From the IMG/VR virus record IMGVR_UViG_3300049016_000030, positions 1 through 37,987 of that record: a DNA stretch of 37,987 nucleotides; one strand, 5' to 3'. The notes under the pieces are model-generated. The model was not told the DNA's origin. It worked only from the letters and a program-made list of their open reading frames with translations, and searched no databases. Source of the stretch: a virus (taxonomy: Duplodnaviria; Caudoviricetes). Below are positions 17,803-23,872 of the stretch, piece after piece (within the stretch, counting starts at the first letter, position 1; every line of letters starts with the position of its first letter). A program made the translations under genes and the position numbers.

Positions 17803-18777
17803 GTGGAAACAATCGTATTTGAAGGCGAACTGCTCGCGCTGACCTCAATTGCGCACAATGGCGGTCAATCATTCGGGATCGAATCAAAACTTAGACGCGA
17901 ACGATTCGTCCAGCCGGACGGAACCGTCGAGGAAGTGCCCGTAATTTCAGGCAATGGCCTACGTGGAATGCTGCGCGACCGTGGGATGTGGCATATGTGC
18001 CGGCAGTTAGGCTATGGCGTGGACGAAGAGAACGGCAAGGTATTGGGCCTGAGTCTTTCCGCCTTTTACTTTCTCTTTTCTGGCGGCGCGCTCACTGAAG
18101 CCGGCAGTGGCGGGATTGACGTTGAGTATGCGCGGAAACTGCGCGAGACGATTCCGCTGATTTCACTCTTCGGCGGCGCCGTCGGGGCGCAGATACTGCC
18201 GGGAAAGTTGAAGGTTGGCAAGGCGATTCCGATTTGCGCCGAGACGATTCATTTGCTGCCGAAGACCTACCAGGAACGCGCCACGCCTTCAATTTGGGAC
18301 TTCCTGCAAACCGAAATGTATACGCGCAAGGACGATGAACGAAACGAGAAACTGCGCACGGTGATCGAAGGAAAGGCGCTGAAGCAGATTGCAGGCGCCC
18401 CGGCAGCGCTATTCGAGGCGGCGCCGGTCGAGGTCGCCGAGGCCGTCGAGAAGCGCAAGCCGCAGCAAATGATGTATCTCACCGAGACCTTCGCAGCCGG
18501 AACACTCTTCTACTGGAAATTGATTCTCGAAGACCTGACGGACGTGGAATACGACGCCTTTATGACCGTGCTCGTTGAGTTCTCGAAAATGCCCTACGTC
18601 GGCGGCAAATCGGCCGTAGGACTCGGCGAAGTGGCAATCAAGCTCGGTCAGGGTATCCAGATCGATTCGCGGCTGAAGGCTGAAGCAACGGAACTCGCGC
18701 GGCCGGCTGGGATGGCATATCACGAGCATTTAAAAAGCCGTGGCGGCGATATTCGGAAGATTCTGGAAACGGTATGA
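17803..18777 (+). CDS. csf2: Type IV Cas7-family RAMP Csf2
   Basis: LTSIAHNG, VPVISGNGLRGMLRD, LFSGG, PLISLFGG, YTRKDD, Gly-rich loop GGKSAVGLG; AAGGAG RBS with GTG 17803. Confidence 0.9.
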   Translation: METIVFEGELLALTSIAHNGGQSFGIESKLRRERFVQPDGTVEEVPVISGNGLRGMLRDRGMWHMCRQLGYGVDEENGKVLGLSLSAFYFLFSGGALTEAGSGGIDVEYARKLRETIPLISLFGGAVGAQILPGKLKVGKAIPICAETIHLLPKTYQERATPSIWDFLQTEMYTRKDDERNEKLRTVIEGKALKQIAGAPAALFEAAPVEVAEAVEKRKPQQMMYLTETFAAGTLFYWKLILEDLTDVEYDAFMTVLVEFSKMPYVGGKSAVGLGEVAIKLGQGIQIDSRLKAEATELARPAGMAYHEHLKSRGGDIRKILETV

Positions 18778-19586
18778 CCGATACGATACCGCGCGCAAAA
18801 CTGGCGCTATGGGCAGGTTGGCGATACTACCGCAGGCTCGCGCTGGAATATCCCGAAGATTTTCAGCAGGCGGCGGCGCTGCTCGCGCTGTCGTCGGTTG
18901 AAGTATCGGACGATAAAGAAGCGTTCCGGCTCATCACTCGCGGCTTTGCGCGAGTCTGCCGCTCTTACGGGTATCGCTATCATCCACAGGCCGGATGGAT
19001 CAGGGGCGAAAGCTACGCAAGCGTAAGGCCCGCATATCTATGCAAGTGCGGGCGAAAGTCGTTCAGCGCCAAACACTGCGGAGCTTGTCGAAGTCGTGAG
19101 TATCGCGAACGAGGGCCGAAAGCGCGGAAAGAACGCGCGCCGAAATCGCCGCCGCTGTGGAACTGCGCCAACTGTGGCAAGTCGTTTGAGAAAGCAAAAA
19201 GGCGAATGCGATCAGATCAGAATATTTATTTCTGCTCGACGGCTTGCTACCACGACGCGCGCTCCAGGGAGGTCTGGCGGTTGACCGCGCAGGCGAATAT
19301 CACGAGGCACGCGGTCGAGCGGTTTTGTGAGCGGGTAATTGCGTGGCGTCCTGAGCGGGCGCTTGCCGCGATTCGCAGAGGATTATCGAAACCGATCGCG
19401 ATGATTCGCAAACGAAAAGGCTGGGAAGCGACGTGCCGGATAGGCGCGCTTGAATTTCGCGTGCATCTCAAACGAAACGCTGAGAATTCGCTTGACGCCG
19501 TGACGGTGCTCGAAAGCCGCGCGGATAACGATCAAATGCGAGCGGAAAGGAGGTCGCGCCGAGATGAATCAAGCAGAAAGTCATAG
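18774..19586 (+). CDS. ORF X: helical N-domain, two Zn fingers and a RelE/BECR-like (DUF4258-like) putative RNase
   Basis: CKC...CGAC; CANC...FCSTAC; ITRHAVERFCER...DAVTVL; overlaps both csf2 and cysH. Confidence 0.6.
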   Translation: MTDTIPRAKLALWAGWRYYRRLALEYPEDFQQAAALLALSSVEVSDDKEAFRLITRGFARVCRSYGYRYHPQAGWIRGESYASVRPAYLCKCGRKSFSAKHCGACRSREYRERGPKARKERAPKSPPLWNCANCGKSFEKAKRRMRSDQNIYFCSTACYHDARSREVWRLTAQANITRHAVERFCERVIAWRPERALAAIRRGLSKPIAMIRKRKGWEATCRIGALEFRVHLKRNAENSLDAVTVLESRADNDQMRAERRSRRDESSRKS

Positions 19587-20322
19587 AGAATCCTGTTTAT
19601 TACGCGCCAGACTGGCGGGCTTTGCACGATTGCTAGGGCGAACTGAGGCGATAATTCGCGAGGCGTTTAGCCAATCCGCAAGACCCTATGTCGCGCTGAG
19701 TGGCGGCAAGGACTCGACCGTTCTACTCTCGCTCGTCCGCGAGGAAAGGCCGGATACCGCGGCGATCTTCAGCGACGATGAATGGAATTTCCCCGAGACG
19801 ATGGCGTACCTGGATACGGTTCCGAACCTTACCCGCGCCGCTTCGCGCGTTCGCCATGCGTCCTGGTTTACGAGTTGGGAGAGTGGGCCGGTAGGCCTAC
19901 CGGCCGATACAATCTGGCTCGACGCAAAACAGGGTGACGGGATTCCATCGTTCGCGCGAGGTCGCGGCTTCGATTTGGCGTTTATCGGGCTGCGAAAAGA
20001 AGAGGCCACATACAGGCGTCTGCACCTATGCGGGCGCGGGACGATATTCTATTGCCACACTCACCAGGCAATCGAGTGCAATCCGCTGGCAGATTGGAAG
20101 GTCGAGGACATATGGGCATATCTGCTAAGTAGAGAAATCCGATACAACGCCGCTTACGATCGGATGACTGGTCTAAACGTTCCTCTTCCTGAACAACGCG
20201 TCGGGCCGTTCGCCGTCGAAAAGGCCGTTGGCCAGGGCTCGCTCGCGATCATCAAGCGCGGCTGGCCTGAATTGTGGAATCAATTTACTGAACGATACCC
20301 AGAGGCTTCGAACTATGCGTAA
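19564..20322 (+). CDS. cysH: CysH-like PAPS-reductase-family protein of type IV-B systems
   Basis: PP-loop SGGKDS, GLRKEE...R, NPLADW...DIWAY...YNAAYD. Confidence 0.88.
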   Translation: MNQAESHRESCLLRARLAGFARLLGRTEAIIREAFSQSARPYVALSGGKDSTVLLSLVREERPDTAAIFSDDEWNFPETMAYLDTVPNLTRAASRVRHASWFTSWESGPVGLPADTIWLDAKQGDGIPSFARGRGFDLAFIGLRKEEATYRRLHLCGRGTIFYCHTHQAIECNPLADWKVEDIWAYLLSREIRYNAAYDRMTGLNVPLPEQRVGPFAVEKAVGQGSLAIIKRGWPELWNQFTERYPEASNYA

Positions 20323-20995
20323 AAACGATTTCCTGCGAATCACCGCGAATTTCCAAACGCCTGTAATCTGCGACGACCGGCTGCCGCTCGACGGGATTAT
20401 TTTCTATCAGGTTATGCGCGAACGGTATGGTTTCGAGTCTTCCACGCAGGCCGGCGTTGCGGCGCTGGCTGACGGCGTGGACAAGCGCGATTGGATGCCG
20501 TTTGACGTGCATTACAAAAACGTCAACGGCGAAAACTTCTGGTATTACGCCTGCTCTTTCGCGCGCTGGGTCGGGACGGTCGCCGAGGGCCGGGACCATT
20601 GGGTGAAGCGCTTCGACCAGCAATTCAGCGATGTGATCGACTTTCAAGGCAAGCGTGGAAAGATCGTCACCGCGAACGGTAAATACAAGGGCTATCGAAT
20701 GCCTGTCTTTACGCGTCACGCGCTCGCGGCTCGCTGGTACTGCGTCGGCGACCGGCGCGAGTTGGAGCGGCTATTGCCCCACGTCCAGAGCGTCGGGAAA
20801 AAGACTTCCCAGGGTTACGGGGTGGTTCGCGACTGGCAGATCGAGCGCTGGCATGCGGACTGGAGCACGCGCGGTCCGCAAGGACTGATGCGCGCACTGC
20901 CGGCTGATACCGGCGTCAAGGTTGGCTTTCGGCCCAGCTACTGGTTTGCGCCGAATCAGGCGATTTGCGAGATGCCGGCAGATTATTCCGACTGA
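20315..20995 (+). CDS. csf3: Type IV Cas5-family RAMP Csf3
   Basis: LRITA...LPLDGII, YKGYRMP, WYCVGD...LL...VGKKTSQGYGVV; start is ATG 20315. Confidence 0.87.
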   Translation: MRKNDFLRITANFQTPVICDDRLPLDGIIFYQVMRERYGFESSTQAGVAALADGVDKRDWMPFDVHYKNVNGENFWYYACSFARWVGTVAEGRDHWVKRFDQQFSDVIDFQGKRGKIVTANGKYKGYRMPVFTRHALAARWYCVGDRRELERLLPHVQSVGKKTSQGYGVVRDWQIERWHADWSTRGPQGLMRALPADTGVKVGFRPSYWFAPNQAICEMPADYSD

Positions 20996-21007
20996 CGAGC
21001 TTGCGCG

Positions 21008-21052
21008 AAAAAAAAACAGCCTGCCGAGGGGATCAATCCGGCAGGCTTTTGA
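21008..21052. terminator. Bidirectional intrinsic terminator
   Basis: A-run, stem AGCCTGCCG/CGGCAGGCT, T-run; lies between convergent operons. Confidence 0.8.
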
Positions 21053-21073
21053 TTTGTTGGTTGGGGTTGCGGA

Positions 21074-21316
21074 TTACGCCTTCCGCGCTTCCAGAACCCC
21101 GCGTAATTGACGAGCGCGCCAGATCGCCTCCCGGACTTCCGCACGCGCTGAACGATTGGAACGATTCGCCTGAATGCCCTTCAAGAGCATGCCCAGGACG
21201 CGATTGATTTGCTGGTCAGACGGTCGCCGCTGGGCCATGACGTTTTTCGCGGCCCCAAGGGGATCGATTACAGTGGCGCGCTCGCCAGCGAATGAATGCT
21301 TAATGATGATTGTCAT
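21074..21316 (-). CDS. Small basic hypothetical protein
   Basis: GGAGG RBS. Confidence 0.65.
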   Translation of the reverse strand: MTIIIKHSFAGERATVIDPLGAAKNVMAQRRPSDQQINRVLGMLLKGIQANRSNRSARAEVREAIWRARQLRGVLEARKA

Positions 21317-21347
21317 GGTGCTTTCCTCCAGTTAATTGTTTTGGTTA

Positions 21348-21515
21348 TCACGCCACCGCCGCTGCAAACCACAAGGCGCCCATTGAGGGCGTTTGCGTAA
21401 TGGCCGGCTTCGGCGCCTCGCGTATCGTTACGGGCGAGGGTACACTCTCAACCCTCGGGGCCACAGGGACATAGATAATAGCGGGTTCAGATTCTTTTAG
21501 GGTGATTTCAGTCAT
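21348..21515 (-). CDS. 55-aa hypothetical protein
   Basis: Not in the track; ATG directly after the SWIM gene stop. Confidence 0.45.
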   Translation of the reverse strand: MTEITLKESEPAIIYVPVAPRVESVPSPVTIREAPKPAITQTPSMGALWFAAAVA

Positions 21516-21854
21516 TTAGACCTTCTCTCCATTTACAATCATGGCGTTACCGCTGCGCTGGCCGTACCAGGCGCGGGTTCTGGTGGTCTTCCTTGTTACC
21601 TGCCTGCGCATCGATTGGACCGCGATATTGACGCTGGCGGCGGCTGCGACGTGGTAGCAAATTCCCTTCGCCGGGCAATCACACGATGCCAGCTTGTGAC
21701 CGTTGGCGACCGCGAAGCGCACGGTATAAACATCTCCCCTACTCCCCGTCACGGCGTAGGTCCGTTCATCGGCGTTGATGACCCGAACGCGCGGGCGAAC
21801 GGTTTTTGCTCTTTCAATCGCTTTGGTCATTTTGCTGATTTCGAGTCTGATCAT
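21516..21854 (-). CDS. SWIM zinc-finger protein
   Basis: YAVTGSRGDVYTV...SCDCPAKGICYHVAA (CxC-n-CxH). Confidence 0.8.
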   Translation of the reverse strand: MIRLEISKMTKAIERAKTVRPRVRVINADERTYAVTGSRGDVYTVRFAVANGHKLASCDCPAKGICYHVAAAASVNIAVQSMRRQVTRKTTRTRAWYGQRSGNAMIVNGEKV

Positions 21855-21880
21855 CGCGCTTCCCTGTCCTTTCGTGATTT

Positions 21881-22058
21881 GATCCTTGAAAACTCAATGA
21901 AGGGCTGGACTTTTGCGGCTTTCGGAGTCTGTTTCAAGGTTTGTGATTGTGCGCGGCATTTTCGATTCCCCGAAGGTTATCAGCCGGAAGCCTTTCACCT
22001 CTCTTCGCGCGTCCCTGCGGCTCTCACTCACCAGCCATTCATTGAATTTTCAAGGATC
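21881..22058 (-). ncRNA. Candidate structured leader/ncRNA closed by a 28-bp stem
   Basis: Arms 21881-21908 and 22031-22058 are 26/28 complementary; internal C(UUCG)G hairpin; begins about 20 nt after the predicted transcription start. Confidence 0.55.
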
Positions 22059-22084
22059 GTTTCGTTTCCCTCACCAGTAAGGAT

Positions 22085-22113
22085 ATTCTACGCGAACGCG
22101 GATAATATTGCAA
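22085..22113 (-). promoter_or_regulatory. Leftward sigma70-type promoter
   Basis: TTGCAA-17 nt-TAGAAT. Confidence 0.7.
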
Positions 22114-22137
22114 TAGGCAGACGCAAATAATCTGTGC

Positions 22138-22166
22138 TTGCGCGTAAAAATAATTCAGCGTATATT
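22138..22166 (+). promoter_or_regulatory. Promoter of the HTH gene
   Basis: TTGCGC-17 nt-TATATT. Confidence 0.6.
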
Positions 22167-22182
22167 AGGAGTGGAGGTAGTA

Positions 22183-22395
22183 ATGGAAAAACTTACAGTC
22201 GCGGAAGCGGCGAAACTTAAAGACTGTTCGAAAAGCACGATCTTGCAGTTAATACGAAAGAATCTCTTGCCAGCCGAACGCAAGGGGCCGATATTCTTGA
22301 TTCCCCGATACGCCGTCGAAGCATATCAACTGCCGGGGCCTGGGCGTCCGCGCGGTAGAAAAAACTTACCGAAAAAAGAAGATTTATCTTCGTAG
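22183..22395 (+). CDS. HTH_17 (Xis/MerR-like) regulator with AT-hook-like tail
   Basis: LTVAEAAKLKDCSKSTILQLIRKNLLPAERKG; PGRPRGRK; GGAGG RBS. Confidence 0.85.
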   Translation: MEKLTVAEAAKLKDCSKSTILQLIRKNLLPAERKGPIFLIPRYAVEAYQLPGPGRPRGRKNLPKKEDLSS

Positions 22396-22399
22396 CCTA

Positions 22400-22428
22400 T
22401 TGCAATAATGTACGCACTCGCGTATATT
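22400..22428 (+). promoter_or_regulatory. Rightward sigma70-type promoter
   Basis: TTGCAA-17 nt-TATATT; inverted copy of the promoter at 22085-22113. Confidence 0.7.
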
Positions 22429-22484
22429 TCCGTCATCGGAAGCGGCAATAACGCCGCGCGAAACTTGAAACGGGAGATAAGAAA

Positions 22485-22919
22485 ATGGCGACAGAGATCA
22501 CAATCAGCGGCCGGACGATCACACTGGAAGAGGACAAGAACTTCAACCTAATTCCTGATTTTACAGTAGGCGATGGCCGTGCGGTCGTCTTCACAACGCC
22601 AAGCAAGTACGCGTCAGGTCACTCGATCAAGGTAAAAGGCAATACCTTCTTGCACGACGTTCGGACGGTTAAAGGCGTCACTGATTTGGTTCGCCCCTCC
22701 TCGATCTCTGATCCGCGCGAGAAAGACAGCCTGCCGAGTGATGTTACGCCAGAAGAGTTGGCTTTTCTCGCGGAGATCAGAGACGCGCTCGACGCTGAAT
22801 ACCAAGCCGAGCAAGCCGCCCGAAAAGCAGCAAAGGCTGAACGCGCCGCCAGCGTTCTTGCCGCAGAAAAAGAGAAACTGGCAGGAATGGACAACGTTAA
22901 GATTTACGACGAAGACTAG
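22485..22919 (+). CDS. Hypothetical early protein
   Basis: GGGAG RBS; first gene after the promoter. Confidence 0.75.
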   Translation: MATEITISGRTITLEEDKNFNLIPDFTVGDGRAVVFTTPSKYASGHSIKVKGNTFLHDVRTVKGVTDLVRPSSISDPREKDSLPSDVTPEELAFLAEIRDALDAEYQAEQAARKAAKAERAASVLAAEKEKLAGMDNVKIYDED

Positions 22920-22982
22920 CAATATTCACACCGGGGCGCATGCCGCGCGAAACTTGAAATGGCAACAAGGGAGATAAAGAAA

Positions 22983-23330
22983 ATGGCCGACGTGGCCGCC
23001 GAACTTATCAGAAAGCGCGCAGCCGAACAGGGCTATGAGTTGGTCGAGGACTTCGACGCGCAGGTTGCAGAATGGCGAGACTATTTCAATCAACCCTTCC
23101 CGGCCCAGATCGACGAAGATAAGCGAAGACGCTGTGCGGGCGTTATAGACACATCGATCGCTCTAAATATAGTTCTAAGCGCGCAAGATCGATTACGGCG
23201 ATCGCCTATCCAAGATCCGGAATATAGCGACACTTTGAAGCTATTGATTGGCGCCGAAGACGCGGCTGAGAAGGCCATGGACGAAGCTGCGCGCCGGTAT
23301 CGCGCCCAGCCAATCGAGCCGCCGGAATAA
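22983..23330 (+). CDS. Hypothetical acidic helical protein
   Basis: GGGAG RBS before ATG 22983. Confidence 0.7.
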   Translation: MADVAAELIRKRAAEQGYELVEDFDAQVAEWRDYFNQPFPAQIDEDKRRRCAGVIDTSIALNIVLSAQDRLRRSPIQDPEYSDTLKLLIGAEDAAEKAMDEAARRYRAQPIEPPE

Positions 23331-23344
23331 CTGGAGGAGAAGTT

Positions 23345-23569
23345 ATGAAAGCTAACATTACACGAGCATCCGACAGGTACAGCGGGCCAACAGAAGAAAG
23401 AACGTTCGATACGCTTGAGCAGTTGCGGGACTTTATTCTTTCAACTGGCCATTCCGTCATTATTTCGGTGCCAGAGAAGGTTCAGTTCGCCGCGAGCGGT
23501 GGTGTTGACAGTGTAGAGGTTATACCCGATACGCTCAACATTGAGATTTATGACAGCCACATCGAATGA
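23345..23569 (+). CDS. Small acidic hypothetical protein
   Basis: GGAGGAG RBS; TLEQLRDFI...IEIYDSHIE. Confidence 0.7.
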   Translation: MKANITRASDRYSGPTEERTFDTLEQLRDFILSTGHSVIISVPEKVQFAASGGVDSVEVIPDTLNIEIYDSHIE

Positions 23570-23593
23570 ACGAAAGCTCGCCAGCAGGCTTCC

Positions 23594-23872
23594 CTACTTC
23601 CTTACCATCTCCGTCGGCCGCGAGTTATTACTTGCCACCGGCGGCTCACGTCTGACGACAATCTCTTTCCGGTTCAATTCGCCCGTTCGCGTCTGCGTCA
23701 TTACCTCGCCCGCGCAAGTAATAAACACCGCATCGCCGATCACCTGGACCGTCCAGCCGTCCACGTCGAGATAGCCTTTTGCCGGCGGCGTCACTGCCGG
23801 CGCGGCGATCTGCCGCGTCTCGGGAGTGAAAGATCGCGGCTTTAGCGGTAAGATATGGTGACTGTCCATCAC
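23594..23872 (-). CDS. Hypothetical protein at the end of the late operon
   Basis: GTGA overlap with the upstream tail gene. Confidence 0.55.
   Translation of the reverse strand: MMDSHHILPLKPRSFTPETRQIAAPAVTPPAKGYLDVDGWTVQVIGDAVFITCAGEVMTQTRTGELNRKEIVVRREPPVASNNSRPTEMVRK

Noticed and set aside
19564-20322. CysH as a sulfate-assimilation auxiliary metabolic gene
   Set aside because: It lacks the C-terminal ECG(L/I)H catalytic motif and sits inside the csf operon.
21909-22030. Hammerhead ribozyme or retron msr-msd
   Set aside because: The core reads CUGAUAA rather than CUGAnGA, stems I and III are unconvincing, and no reverse transcriptase is encoded in the window.
21615-22130. 171-aa plus-strand ORF
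   Set aside because: It is antisense to the SWIM gene and crosses the structured leader and promoter; no RBS or recognisable motif.
16700-23600. CRISPR array adjoining the csf operon
   Set aside because: No run of equal-length repeats with unique spacers was seen on either side; only two-copy repeats occur.
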